From an uncultured Bdellovibrionales bacterium (GTDB taxonomy: Bacteria; Bdellovibrionota; JAFGOL01), in contig CAYPMK010000001.1 in the NCBI GenBank assembly GCA_964411885.1, forward strand, positions 13,953-65,165: a stretch of DNA of 51,213 nucleotides, read 5' to 3'. The notes beneath the pieces are model-generated. The model was given only the letters and a program-made list of their open reading frames with translations, was not told where the DNA came from and searched no databases. A program made the translations under genes and the position numbers. The stretch's first letter is position 1. Each line of letters opens with the position of its first letter. Shown here in pieces: positions 28,476 to 38,161 of the stretch.

Positions 28476-29123
28476 ATGAAAAAAAGACTATTAGATGTAA
28501 GCTGGATAGTACTAATTTCAACAATAGGTTTTTTTATTTTTTCTAATAAGGGCAAAATCATTTTTATCGATATGACCTTACAGCACCCTTTGATAATGGG
28601 TTTTTTTAAATTTGCCATACTTGCAACTATGGGAGAATTACTTTCAAGAAGACTCATCGACAATGTTTGGAAATTTAGGGGACTCAGATATTGTCAAAGA
28701 GCACTTGTTTGGGGACTTCTTGGAGTGTTAATAACTTTTGTTTTTTCTATATATAGTACAGGAGTAGAAAGTCTTGTTTCAAAAGGTCTTTTGTCTGAAT
28801 ATGTCCCCTTGGCTTTTTGGTGTTCTTTTTGGATGAATATACTTTTTGCATTCCCAATGATGGTGGTTCATAGAATAACAGACACGTTAATAGATAGAGG
28901 ACTACTATTCTCTAAATGGCCTTTTATGGAAATTTGGTATTCTATAGATTGGAAGAATATGTGGGGCTTTGTTGCTCCATCTGTATTGTGGTTCTGGATA
29001 CCAGCACATACACTGACCTTTTCTTTAAAACCTGAATACAGAATAATAATGGCGGCGGCTCTTTCTATTTGTTTAGGGGCTATACTCTCCTTTGCAAAAA
29101 AACGTTCTTCTGTTAGTATATAG
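28476..29123 (+). CDS. Hypothetical polytopic inner-membrane protein
   Basis: 215 aa, about 5-6 TM, W/F-rich. No family confidently recognised. Tightly packed in the operon. Confidence 0.55.
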   Translation: MKKRLLDVSWIVLISTIGFFIFSNKGKIIFIDMTLQHPLIMGFFKFAILATMGELLSRRLIDNVWKFRGLRYCQRALVWGLLGVLITFVFSIYSTGVESLVSKGLLSEYVPLAFWCSFWMNILFAFPMMVVHRITDTLIDRGLLFSKWPFMEIWYSIDWKNMWGFVAPSVLWFWIPAHTLTFSLKPEYRIIMAAALSICLGAILSFAKKRSSVSI

Positions 29124-29126
29124 AGC

Positions 29127-29918
29127 GTGTTGATCTTACTATTATTCGTTTTTAATTTACTCATTTCATCGTCATGGTGTAGTGAAACAATTTTGATTGA
29201 TGATTTTAGTTCATATAAAGATACCAAAGATTTTTTAGAAGTATGGAAGTCAAGAAGAGATGGTTATAAGAAGATATTGAATAGCAACTCTTATTATTAC
29301 TATCTTAGACCAGATCCTTTTGCCCCAGATAAAAACTGTTTATGTTCTGCCTTAAGGGAATATCCAAAAGGCTTTGTTCGTACAGATATACCTTCAGAAG
29401 ACATAAAAATGGTTGTTGGGTCAGAAGGCGAAGTTAAGGCTGTTACGATATACAAGGACTATTGGCTAAAAAAAATAAAGATAAATAATTATCATGATCA
29501 GGGCAAAGAAGTTTTTTTGGAATGGGAGTGGCTGGCATATAAATTACCAGATGGAGCTCTTGATGAAGTAGAGGGTATGGATGATCATGCGATGTCTTTA
29601 TACGCAGTTCTTTATATTGGATGGATGAGATTTAGAGTTATAAAATATATATGGAGTGCCACAGATAATACAGGAATGATCCCTGTTGAAAGAACGACAG
29701 ATAAAGATAAACGTGTCTATATAGTGAGTAATAAAAAAACACCTTTAGGGAAATGGGTAAAGGTGAGCGTGAATCTATCTAAAGCGATAAAAGATTTTAT
29801 GCCAGACAAGTATGATGACGTTACTTTAGCAGCTATTTCATTATTGGCAGACAGCGACGATCTTAAAAAACCAACTCAGGCTTGTGTAAGAAATATTAAA
29901 CTAGTAGTGAGGCCATAA
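29127..29918 (+). CDS. Exported protein, DUF3047-like
   Basis: 263 aa, GTG start, signal peptide 'LILLLFVFNLLISSSWC'. 'LEWEWLAYKLPDGA...DDHAMSLYAV...IKYIWSA...LLADSDD' resembles DUF3047 as I remember it. Confidence 0.45.
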   Translation: MLILLLFVFNLLISSSWCSETILIDDFSSYKDTKDFLEVWKSRRDGYKKILNSNSYYYYLRPDPFAPDKNCLCSALREYPKGFVRTDIPSEDIKMVVGSEGEVKAVTIYKDYWLKKIKINNYHDQGKEVFLEWEWLAYKLPDGALDEVEGMDDHAMSLYAVLYIGWMRFRVIKYIWSATDNTGMIPVERTTDKDKRVYIVSNKKTPLGKWVKVSVNLSKAIKDFMPDKYDDVTLAAISLLADSDDLKKPTQACVRNIKLVVRP

Positions 29919-31702
29919 TGAAAATAAATAAATTAATGTTTATGTTATTAGTGTTTTGTTTGTTTTTATCATGCCAGAAAAAGAACGAGGCTAATAGTGA
30001 ACTTAATCTATATATGAGATCAAAACAATTCGGTGTAAATCCAGTTTCTGCTACTTCTTTTTATCAGACAAGAATAGTTAGACAGATCTTTGAAGGTTTA
30101 TATGATTATGACTACTTGAAAGAACCGTATCAGGTTTCGCCACTTATTGCAGATGGATTCCCAGAGCTAAGTAAGGATAAACTGAGTTATTTAATAAAGA
30201 TAAAGAAGGGCATAAAATTTTCAGATGATCCATGTTTTATTGGTGGTAAAGGTAAGCAGGTTACTGCAAGTGATGTCATTTATTCGTTGAAACATTTTGT
30301 AACATATCCACCTTATAATAAAGCTTATTTTGTATATTACATAAAAGGTCTTATGGAATATAGGGTTAAAGCACAAGAGTTCTTTAAAAACGGGGGAGAT
30401 CTTGAGCATTTTATAGAGAACAATGAGGTCGATGGGTTAGAATTGATAGATGACCAAACTATCAGGGTATCATTAAGGCAGGTCTGTCCTTATTTTTTAG
30501 AAACACTTACTGCTCCAGGAGCTAGTATTATTTCTAAAGAAGCAGTTCGGTATTACGGCAAAGATATAGACTGGCATCCTGTTGGTACAGGGCCTTATAT
30601 TCTTTCGAGTTGGGGCGACGGAGAAAAAATCATATTATTAAAGAACCCTGATTATAGAAAGAATTATTATCCTGACGAAGGTCCGTCGCAGGCTTATGAA
30701 CATGGTCTTTTAGATGATGCAGGAAAAAAGATACCGTTCGTTGACATGATAACGATACATTTTATAAAAAGCGATGCAGAACGTAAAAAACTTTTTGATT
30801 CTGGTCTTGTGGATATCTATACTCCAGAAGAAGATTATTTTTATGAATACTTTTCTCAGGATTCTGAATTAACGGACAAGCATAGAAAGAAAGGAGTTAA
30901 GTCTTATATAGATAGCAACGTTGAGTTTACTGGTTTAATGTTCAACCTTAACAATTCCCTCATTGGCAAGAATCAAGATCTGAGAAAGGCTTTAACACTT
31001 GCTTATGACAACGATAAAAGTATAAGTGTTAATTATTACATGTCGCCCATGCTTGCTCACTGGGTAATACCTCCTCACATATATGGATATGACCCTTCTT
31101 ACAACAATCCTTATTCAGCATACGATATGAAAAAGGCGGCTACTTTTTTGAAAAGTGCAGGCTACCCTTTAGGGAATAAATTACCGGAGTTGGTGCTTTT
31201 GTTAAAGGACACACCTGCTTTAAGAAGAATCGGTAAATTTTATTCAGACTCAGCATCTGAGCTTGGTATAAAGATCCGATTAGAGTACGAGGACTCACAG
31301 GAAAAGATATATGCTCGATTGAGTGAAACAAGTGATCCTGTTCACTTATTCTTTGTTTCTGAGTGGAGTAACTTTAGTGTTCCAGATGAAATGTTAAGAC
31401 TCTTTTATAAGGGGAAGTTAAAATATAAGACTAATTATTCTGGCTATTATAATAAGGAATATGAAGATCTTTTTGAAAAGGTCGTAAAAATGGAAAATGG
31501 ACCTCAGAAGATAAAAGTGTTGAATAGAATGAGGGATATAGTTGTTAGTGATTGTACTTTTATTCCTCTTTCATTTACCGTTCTTTACAGGCTCTATCAT
31601 GAATATATCCATAATTATAAACCGCATCTCTTATATTTTGATAGATATAAATATATTCGTGTAGACATGAACGAAAAGAGAAGGTACCTTAAGCGAAAAT
31701 AG
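29918..31702 (+). CDS. Family-5 (Opp/Dpp-type) extracellular solute-binding lipoprotein, orphan
   Basis: 594 aa. Lipobox-like 'LFLSC'. 'FSDDP...VTASDVIYSL' and 'HPVGTGPYILSSW' are typical SBP_bac_5 boxes. There are no adjacent permease or ATPase genes. Confidence 0.75.
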   Translation: MKINKLMFMLLVFCLFLSCQKKNEANSELNLYMRSKQFGVNPVSATSFYQTRIVRQIFEGLYDYDYLKEPYQVSPLIADGFPELSKDKLSYLIKIKKGIKFSDDPCFIGGKGKQVTASDVIYSLKHFVTYPPYNKAYFVYYIKGLMEYRVKAQEFFKNGGDLEHFIENNEVDGLELIDDQTIRVSLRQVCPYFLETLTAPGASIISKEAVRYYGKDIDWHPVGTGPYILSSWGDGEKIILLKNPDYRKNYYPDEGPSQAYEHGLLDDAGKKIPFVDMITIHFIKSDAERKKLFDSGLVDIYTPEEDYFYEYFSQDSELTDKHRKKGVKSYIDSNVEFTGLMFNLNNSLIGKNQDLRKALTLAYDNDKSISVNYYMSPMLAHWVIPPHIYGYDPSYNNPYSAYDMKKAATFLKSAGYPLGNKLPELVLLLKDTPALRRIGKFYSDSASELGIKIRLEYEDSQEKIYARLSETSDPVHLFFVSEWSNFSVPDEMLRLFYKGKLKYKTNYSGYYNKEYEDLFEKVVKMENGPQKIKVLNRMRDIVVSDCTFIPLSFTVLYRLYHEYIHNYKPHLLYFDRYKYIRVDMNEKRRYLKRK

Positions 31703-31717
31703 AAGGAGGTGTTTTTT

Positions 31718-32266
31718 ATGTTTAAAAAGATCCTTATAGTAATGGTTTTAGCATCTTTTTGTGGTTTTTCTTATGCGGATGAAAGGGAAGATTGGGACTC
31801 AGAAATGGGCTTGGTAATAGGGCCTGTATTTAATATCAAAAATTCAGCAGGTCAATTTGCCGTTGGTCTTGTTGGTGGTGGAAAATATCTAAAATATGGA
31901 ATCAATTATTCTCACTTTAGTGAGACGGTAAACAATGTTAGTTCTGGTGTTAATTCATTCAAACCATATTTCTTAATAGAGATACCTTTTAGTTTTGATA
32001 TTGCCTCAAGAAGCCAACTAATATTGGGTCCTATGATAGATTTTGGGCCATCTTTTTCTTTTGCTAGCGGATATAAGGTTATAGACGTTATGCAGCTTGG
32101 ATATGGTCTTTTTGTTAAATATTATTTTACTAATACTTTCGGTCTCGGGATGACACCATTCCATATGACGAATAGTTTTGCTACTTATACAACTGGCGGT
32201 GGCGGTTTTGTTAAACAGTCACGTATGACATATGATCTTTTCTTTTCAATATTGTTTAGATGGTAA
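31718..32266 (+). CDS. Small predicted outer-membrane beta-barrel protein
   Basis: The ATG at 31718 lies 8 nt after SD 'GAAGGAGG'. Signal peptide ends '...GFSYA'. Gly/aromatic-rich strands and a terminal '...FRW'. Confidence 0.55.
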   Translation: MFKKILIVMVLASFCGFSYADEREDWDSEMGLVIGPVFNIKNSAGQFAVGLVGGGKYLKYGINYSHFSETVNNVSSGVNSFKPYFLIEIPFSFDIASRSQLILGPMIDFGPSFSFASGYKVIDVMQLGYGLFVKYYFTNTFGLGMTPFHMTNSFATYTTGGGGFVKQSRMTYDLFFSILFRW

Positions 32267-32272
32267 GTTTTT

Positions 32273-32908
32273 TTGGAATATCTTAACTACTTAATAGATT
32301 ATTTTTCCAACAACCCATATCTTGTGGTGTTTTTGGGTTTTACACTGATATTGTTCTTTGTCCCTTTATCAGAGGAACTAATATTGTTTGTGGGTGGTTA
32401 TTTGTCTAGGGACGCTGGTGGAGCTATGTGGCTACCAACTCTAGCCGCAGGTGTCATAGGCGTTGTAATGACAGACTATTGGTACTATCTTTTAGCTAGG
32501 ATATATGGCAAAAGACTTGCTAAACTAAGAATAGTAAGACGGATCTTTCCAGATACAAAAAGAAGAAAAGCTCTAAAATTCATACGTAAATATGGGGCTA
32601 AAGGAGCCTTTATAGTTAGATTTATTCCGGGCGGTATAAGAAATCCTGTTTTTGTTGCGTGTGGTATTTCTCATATGACACAACAAAAATTCTTAACAGC
32701 TGTTATAAGTGGAGCTCTTATTTCGTCTCAAATAGCTTTTTGGGCTGGCTATTTTTTCTCTGAACATCTTCCTCCTATAGAAGCTGTTATAGAGGTTATC
32801 CAAAAAGAATCTACTATGATCCTTATTGGTGTAGCGGTAGTGTTATTGCTGGTTTATTTTATTGGTAAGATGATAAGCAAGAAAACTATAGAAGATAACA
32901 AAAGCTGA
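32273..32908 (+). CDS. DedA-family membrane protein
   Basis: 211 aa, TTG start. 'VPLSEELILFVGGYL' and 'RFIPGGIRNPVFVACG' are DedA/SNARE-associated boxes. Confidence 0.8.
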   Translation: MEYLNYLIDYFSNNPYLVVFLGFTLILFFVPLSEELILFVGGYLSRDAGGAMWLPTLAAGVIGVVMTDYWYYLLARIYGKRLAKLRIVRRIFPDTKRRKALKFIRKYGAKGAFIVRFIPGGIRNPVFVACGISHMTQQKFLTAVISGALISSQIAFWAGYFFSEHLPPIEAVIEVIQKESTMILIGVAVVLLLVYFIGKMISKKTIEDNKS

Positions 32909-32909
32909 T

Positions 32910-34238
32910 CTATAGCAAGATGCCTTTGAGCAATATGGTTGCGACAGTAAAGTAAATCATTATCCCTGTTATATCTACAATGGTTGCTACAAGAGGGGCA
33001 GAAGCTCTCGCTGGATCTGCCTTAAATTTTCTTAGTATAAAAGGAAGCATGGCTCCAGTTATAGTTCCCCATAGAACAACACAAGTTAAGCTTATTGCTA
33101 CTGCTATTGCTACTTTACCATAGTGTGCTCCATACAAGGCCTCTCTATTTGGCCACACCATTATCCTTATCAATGCAACAACTCCAAGTATTACTCCCAT
33201 TATTAAGCCGGTGCCAACTTCTCTTAATAATACTCTCGACCAATCTCTGAGTCTCATTTCTTTAAGTGCCAACGACCTTATTATGAGGGTTGCTGCCTGA
33301 GAACCAGAATTTCCTCCGCTACTTATTATAAGAGGTAAAAACAAGCTTAATACTATTGCTTGCTGGAGTAATGCTTCATATCTTCCCATGGCGGTAGCAG
33401 TAAAAGTTTCTCCTATTAAAAGTACGATTAGCCAGCCAGCTCGTTTTTTTGTTAGTGTTAGAAAATCAGTTTTCCAGTATGGATCATCGAGAGCTTCCAT
33501 ACCTCCTATTCTTTGAATGTCTTCAGTTGCTTCTTCTTCTATTACTTGACTGATATCCTCTGGAGTTATGACTCCTTTTATATGACCATCCTTATCTACA
33601 ACTGGTATTGCGCTGAGGTCGTAATCAGAGAATGCTTGTGCAACTTCTTCTTGATCCATGGTGTCGAGTACGGAAACATGATCAGTTTCCATTATATCGC
33701 CGATCTTTTTGGTAGGGTGAGATAATAACAGGTCTCTAAAAGATACTACTCCTAATAGTTTATCTTCGTTATCTACGACCACAGTATAGTATATTGTTTC
33801 GTCATGATGTTTTGAATATGTTCTAAGGTATCTTATTGCTACTTCAACTTCCATATCGGGTTTTAATCTTAAGAAGTGAGGAGTCATTACTCCTCCAGCC
33901 ATATCCTCTGCGTATACGAGTAATCCTATTACTTCCATTTTGGTTTGTGGATCCAACATGTTGAGTGCTTCATATTTCATACTCTCTGGAAGATGCTGTA
34001 TTAAGTCTGCCATTGAATCCAAAGATAGCATCCTTAAAAAAGTTCTTTGTTGAGCAGTTGAAAGGTTTAGAAATATGTCTTTTTGATCCTCTGGTGGAAG
34101 GTCAAGAAAAAGATCTTCTGCTTCGTCCCTAGATAGAGACATGAAATATTCCACTCTGTCCTCTGAGGACATTGCAGATACTTTCTCTTGGAGCGTTTCT
34201 TGGTTCTGTTCTAGAACTTCTATCTTGTCATTTTCCAT
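32910..34238 (-). CDS. mgtE: Magnesium transporter MgtE (canonical)
   Basis: Begins 'MENDKIEVLE' (ATG 34238, SD AGGAG upstream). N-domain, CBS pair, and pore motifs 'SSGGNSGSQAA' and 'APLVATIVDITG'. The longer tracked ORF (to 34355) runs through the tRNA gene and is an artefact. Confidence 0.9.
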   Translation of the reverse strand: MENDKIEVLEQNQETLQEKVSAMSSEDRVEYFMSLSRDEAEDLFLDLPPEDQKDIFLNLSTAQQRTFLRMLSLDSMADLIQHLPESMKYEALNMLDPQTKMEVIGLLVYAEDMAGGVMTPHFLRLKPDMEVEVAIRYLRTYSKHHDETIYYTVVVDNEDKLLGVVSFRDLLLSHPTKKIGDIMETDHVSVLDTMDQEEVAQAFSDYDLSAIPVVDKDGHIKGVITPEDISQVIEEEATEDIQRIGGMEALDDPYWKTDFLTLTKKRAGWLIVLLIGETFTATAMGRYEALLQQAIVLSLFLPLIISSGGNSGSQAATLIIRSLALKEMRLRDWSRVLLREVGTGLIMGVILGVVALIRIMVWPNREALYGAHYGKVAIAVAISLTCVVLWGTITGAMLPFILRKFKADPARASAPLVATIVDITGIMIYFTVATILLKGILL

Positions 34239-34271
34239 AACAGTGCTCCTGATTGATTCTAGGTAACAGTT

Positions 34272-34361
34272 TGGCGGAGAGGGTGGGAATCGAACCCACG
34301 GTGGCTGTGACACCACACATGCTTTCCAAGCATGCACCTTCGACCGCTCGGACACCTCTCC
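34272..34361 (-). tRNA. tRNA-Ser (anticodon GGA), class II, CCA encoded
   Basis: The minus strand reads GGAGAGG-TG-TCCGAGCGGTCGAAGGT-G-CATGC-TTGGAAA-GCATG-(long variable arm)-GTGGG-TTCGATT-CCCAC-CCTCTCC-G-CCA. Close to E. coli tRNA-Ser(GGA). Confidence 0.93.
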
Positions 34362-34386
34362 GCATAAAATATGCTAAAGCACGCTG

Positions 34387-34415
34387 AAATTAGTCTATCA
34401 GTTTCTGTTTGTCAA
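34387..34415 (-). promoter_or_regulatory. Candidate sigma-70 promoter for tRNA-Ser (and possibly mgtE)
   Basis: On the minus strand: TTGACA (34415-34410), 17 nt spacer, TAATTT (34392-34387). It lies about 25 nt upstream of the tRNA 5' end. Confidence 0.45.
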
Positions 34416-34437
34416 CCACAGTCAAGCACGTTATAAG
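34409..34437 (+). promoter_or_regulatory. Candidate sigma-70 promoter for terC, back-to-back with the tRNA promoter
   Basis: TTGTCA (34409-34414), 17 nt spacer, TATAAG (34432-34437). The two -35 boxes share the sequence TTTGTCAA. Confidence 0.4.
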
Positions 34438-34468
34438 GCTTTTAGGCGTTTATTTAACAGGGGGTGTT

Positions 34469-35401
34469 ATGGCCGGCTTTCCACTTTATGTTTGGATAGG
34501 TTTTATAGTTTTTGTAGTCTTGATGTTAGCACTAGATCTTGGTGTCTTTCAAAGAAAAGCTCACGAGATAAAATTTAAGGAAGCCGTTATATGGAGCGTT
34601 TTTTGGATAAGCTTAGCGTTAATATTCAATTTAGGAATATATCTCTTTGATGGGAAAGAAGATGCTTTGGCTTTTCTTACAGGTTATATAATAGAGAAAT
34701 CTCTTAGCGTAGATAACCTTTTCGTTTTTCTTATGGTCTTTACTTTTTTTAAGGTACCAAAGAAATACCAACACAAGATACTTTTCTGGGGAGTATTAGG
34801 AGCCATAGTTCTTAGAGCCATATTTATTTTTGCAGGCATAGCCTTGATAGAAAGATTTGAATTCATGATCTATATTTTTGGTTTATTCCTTGTTTTTACA
34901 GGGATAAAGATGGGAGTACAGAAAGAAACACATATAGAACCAGAAAACAATATAATCTTAAGGATCTTTAAGAAGCTGTTTCCTGTAACTACGCAATATG
35001 ATGATGGTCATTTTTTTACAAAAAAAGGTGCTAAGCGTTATGCAACGCCGATGTTCGTTGTCTTGTTGGTTGTAGAAAGCTCAGATTTGGTTTTTGCAGT
35101 TGATTCTATACCAGCCATTATAGCTGTAACAAGAAATCCATTCATCGTTTTTACCTCTAACATATTTGCTATTCTTGGACTTAGGGCGCTTTATTTTGCC
35201 TTAGCAAGTTTCGTAGACAGGTTCTATTATCTAAAACATGCTCTTTCGGTCATTCTTGTTTATGTGGGTATTAAAATGTTGGTGTCTCACTTCTACAAGA
35301 TCCCAACAGGTTTATCTTTATTAATAATAATATTGTTGCTTACCTTAGCCGTGATTTGCTCTATGTTGAGAGAGGCTAAGGAGAAAAGAAAAGGGGTATA
35401 A
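34469..35401 (+). CDS. TerC-family integral membrane protein
   Basis: '[17 protein letters not shown]' and '[15 protein letters not shown]' are the two TerC repeats. I prefer the ATG at 34469, after SD 'CAGGGGGTG', to the tracked TTG at 34409. Confidence 0.88.
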   Translation: MAGFPLYVWIGFIVFVVLMLALDLGVFQRKAHEIKFKEAVIWSVFWISLALIFNLGIYLFDGKEDALAFLTGYIIEKSLSVDNLFVFLMVFTFFKVPKKYQHKILFWGVLGAIVLRAIFIFAGIALIERFEFMIYIFGLFLVFTGIKMGVQKETHIEPENNIILRIFKKLFPVTTQYDDGHFFTKKGAKRYATPMFVVLLVVESSDLVFAVDSIPAIIAVTRNPFIVFTSNIFAILGLRALYFALASFVDRFYYLKHALSVILVYVGIKMLVSHFYKIPTGLSLLIIILLLTLAVICSMLREAKEKRKGV

Positions 35402-35403
35402 AT

Positions 35404-36102
35404 ATGCTCATAGATTTTAGATCTGTAAGTAAAGATTATTATCTTGGTAAAGTTGTAGTACCTGCACTTAAAAAGATCGATCTTAAGATAGATGAAGCGG
35501 AATTCATGGCCGTAGCGGGTCCTTCTGGTAGTGGGAAGACAACGCTTCTTAACTTAATAGGTTGTGTAGATACAGCCACAAAAGGCGAAGTTATAGTTGG
35601 TGGTAAAAAAACCTCTAAATTATCTGATCGTGAACTTACTGAATTAAGACTTAATACACTTGGCTTTATATTTCAGACGTTCAACTTGATCTCTGTGTTA
35701 AACGTTTATGACAATGTTGAATTTCCTCTTTTGTTAAAGAATCAAATGACAAAACTAGAACGTGAAAAAAGAGTAAAACATTTTATAGATGCTGTAGGAC
35801 TAAAGAATTATGCAAAACATAGACCAAATGAACTTTCTGGTGGTCAAAGACAAAGAGTTGCCATAGCTAGAGCCCTTGTTACACATCCAAAAATAGTTTT
35901 GGCAGATGAACCAACTGCAAACCTTGATTCCGTTACTGGACAGAATATTTTAGATATAATGAAAGACCTTAATAAGAAGGAGAAAACGACTTTTGTTTTT
36001 TCTACTCATGATCAAAATATAATGAAACAGGCTTGCAGGGTAGTATATCTACACGACGGAGAGATCATAAAAGAAAAGGGGAAGAAAGCCTGTGTTCTTT
36101 AA
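35404..36102 (+). CDS. ABC transporter ATP-binding protein (LolD/MacB-type)
   Basis: 232 aa. Walker A 'GPSGSGKTT', signature '[15 protein letters not shown]', Walker B 'VLADEPT'. Confidence 0.92.
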   Translation: MLIDFRSVSKDYYLGKVVVPALKKIDLKIDEAEFMAVAGPSGSGKTTLLNLIGCVDTATKGEVIVGGKKTSKLSDRELTELRLNTLGFIFQTFNLISVLNVYDNVEFPLLLKNQMTKLEREKRVKHFIDAVGLKNYAKHRPNELSGGQRQRVAIARALVTHPKIVLADEPTANLDSVTGQNILDIMKDLNKKEKTTFVFSTHDQNIMKQACRVVYLHDGEIIKEKGKKACVL

Positions 36103-38158
36103 ACTTGCTTTTAGGAACCTTGTTTCAAGGAAAATAAAAATAATAGTTATAGGCTCTGTTGTGGCCTTTGGTAGCTTTCTTGCTGTGATAGGAGGGTCTT
36201 TTGTTGAATCAGTCTCTGATGGTATGCGTAAGAGTATAACGAACAGTGTTTCTGGTGATATACAGCTTTATTCTGCTGACTCTAAAGAAAGGCTCTCTGT
36301 TACTGGTGGTCCGGGAGGTAATTTTCCTGATATAGAACCAATAAATAATTTTAAACAGATAAAAGAACTAGTTTCTAAGATACCTGATGTTAAGGCTGTT
36401 GTTGCTCAAGGTGTTAACATGGGTTTTCTCAACCCGGGTAATATACTCGACATAAAGTTGGCTGAACTAAGAAAATTCAAAGGCTCAAAACAAAAAGAAC
36501 AGGCTCTTAAAGATCATATAAGGATGATAATACTTAATGTTCAAAGAACATATGTTAACAACGTTACTGATATTGGAAGCATCTCTGATGAGGATTTAGA
36601 GAAAAATAAAAAAGACCTACAACAAGCTTTGTCCTCTGCGTTTTGGAAGAGTTTTGATTCAAACAAGAACGATCATCTGGAATTTTTAGAGAATAAGATA
36701 GCTCCATTAATATACGACGATAGTACGTTCTTCTTCTTGTATATGGGGGTTGTACCAGATCAGTATGTTGACAATTTCCCGCTAGTACAAATAGTTAAGG
36801 GCACACAAATCCCAAAAGGTAAACGTGGTTTTTTATTTAATGAATCTGAATATGAAGACCAGATAAAACATAAAATAGCGAGGAGGCTTGACACAATAAA
36901 AGAATCTCTTGAAAAAGAGAAAAGAAGAATAAAAGGCGATAAAGAACTTGAAGATAAAGTTAAGTCTAATATAGAGCAAGCTTCTGAAATCTATAACCAA
37001 ATGGATGTACTGCAGACGAAAGAACTAATTCCTTTGCTTAAAGAGCTTCTTGTTACTGACGTTAATGACATAAATGTGTTGTGTGAAAAGTTTTTGGATA
37101 TGAATGATGAGAACTTTTATGAAAGATACAGTTTTTTCTATAAGAACATAGCTCCAAAAATAATACTTTATAAAATAAATATAGGTGACGTTTTTCCTCT
37201 TCAGACTGTTTCTAAGAATGGTTTTATGAAATCAGTTAATCTAAAGGTCTACGGTGTTTTTAAATATAAGAATTTTGAGGATTCTCCTCTTATGGGTCAC
37301 TACAACGTAATGGACATTATGTCGTTCAGAGATCTTTATGGTTTTATGACAGCAGAAAGAATGAGGGAAACAGAAAAGCTTGAAAAAGAGATGGAAAAGA
37401 TAGTTGGCGATCTTGATATGAACGAAGAAGATATAGAAAAAATGTTTAGTGAAGGTAAACGATCAATAGTTACTGCAAGTGGTTCAAGAGGAATATCTGA
37501 TAAAATAGATAAGAAGGACAGGGTTAATGTTCTTGAACTTGAATATACAGACGAACAAATGGAAGACGGCATGTGTCTTAATATAGCTGTTATCTTAAAA
37601 GACCCTTCAAAGATAAAAAAAACTATTGTAGAAATAGAAAAACTAAATTTAGAACACAAGCTTAATATAAAGACTCTTAACTGGCTGGATGCTTCTGGCA
37701 CTCTGGGTCAATTTACTTTTGCGATGAAAGTGATCCTCTATATTTTTATAGGGATTATTTTTCTTGTAGCTGTTTTTATAATAATGAATTCAATGTTAAT
37801 GGCAACAATGGAAAGGACTAAAGAAATAGGGACTATGCGTGCGATGGGTGCCCAAAAGAACTACGTCTTAAAATTAATATTAGCAGAGACATCCTTGCTA
37901 AGTTCTTTATTTGGTTTATTTGGCATTTTTATGGGCTTAATGGTGGTAATATTCTTTCATTACTTTGGTGTTCCGGCTGGAACTTCAAAAATATTTTTAT
38001 TCTTATTTTCTGGTCCAAGATTATATCTTTCTATAGAGATGGTGTACGTACTAGCTGTTCTTGTCCTTATAGTGTTCGTTAGCTTACTTTCTAGCTATTA
38101 TCCAGCCAGAAAAGCCGCAAGTGTTCCTCCTATAACCGCTATGCAGAAGGGAGAATAA
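36092..38158 (+). CDS. FtsX/MacB-type ABC permease with a very large periplasmic domain
   Basis: 688 aa, GTG start. One N-terminal TM, about 500 aa of K/E-rich extracytoplasmic region, then a C-terminal 3-TM FtsX domain ('[15 protein letters not shown]'). Confidence 0.85.
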   Translation: MFFKLAFRNLVSRKIKIIVIGSVVAFGSFLAVIGGSFVESVSDGMRKSITNSVSGDIQLYSADSKERLSVTGGPGGNFPDIEPINNFKQIKELVSKIPDVKAVVAQGVNMGFLNPGNILDIKLAELRKFKGSKQKEQALKDHIRMIILNVQRTYVNNVTDIGSISDEDLEKNKKDLQQALSSAFWKSFDSNKNDHLEFLENKIAPLIYDDSTFFFLYMGVVPDQYVDNFPLVQIVKGTQIPKGKRGFLFNESEYEDQIKHKIARRLDTIKESLEKEKRRIKGDKELEDKVKSNIEQASEIYNQMDVLQTKELIPLLKELLVTDVNDINVLCEKFLDMNDENFYERYSFFYKNIAPKIILYKINIGDVFPLQTVSKNGFMKSVNLKVYGVFKYKNFEDSPLMGHYNVMDIMSFRDLYGFMTAERMRETEKLEKEMEKIVGDLDMNEEDIEKMFSEGKRSIVTASGSRGISDKIDKKDRVNVLELEYTDEQMEDGMCLNIAVILKDPSKIKKTIVEIEKLNLEHKLNIKTLNWLDASGTLGQFTFAMKVILYIFIGIIFLVAVFIIMNSMLMATMERTKEIGTMRAMGAQKNYVLKLILAETSLLSSLFGLFGIFMGLMVVIFFHYFGVPAGTSKIFLFLFSGPRLYLSIEMVYVLAVLVLIVFVSLLSSYYPARKAASVPPITAMQKGE

Positions 38159-38161
38159 AAA

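Noticed and set aside
32910-34355. The tracked 481-aa version of mgtE, with the N-terminus 'MSERSKVHAWKACVV...'.
   Set aside because: The first 39 codons read straight through the tRNA-Ser gene on the same strand. An internal ATG at 34238 with an AGGAG SD gives a normal MgtE N-terminus.
34272-34361. tRNA-Ser as the attachment site of a genomic island.
   Set aside because: No integrase, phage or transposase genes lie on either side. I did not spot a direct repeat of the tRNA 3' end. The flanking genes (mgtE, terC, dedA) are ordinary chromosomal functions.
34362-34468. A yybP-ykoY (Mn2+) riboswitch upstream of the TerC-family gene.
   Set aside because: The region is only about 107 nt and is occupied by two promoter-like elements. 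It lacks the conserved GGGGAGUAG and paired 3' motifs of that riboswitch class.
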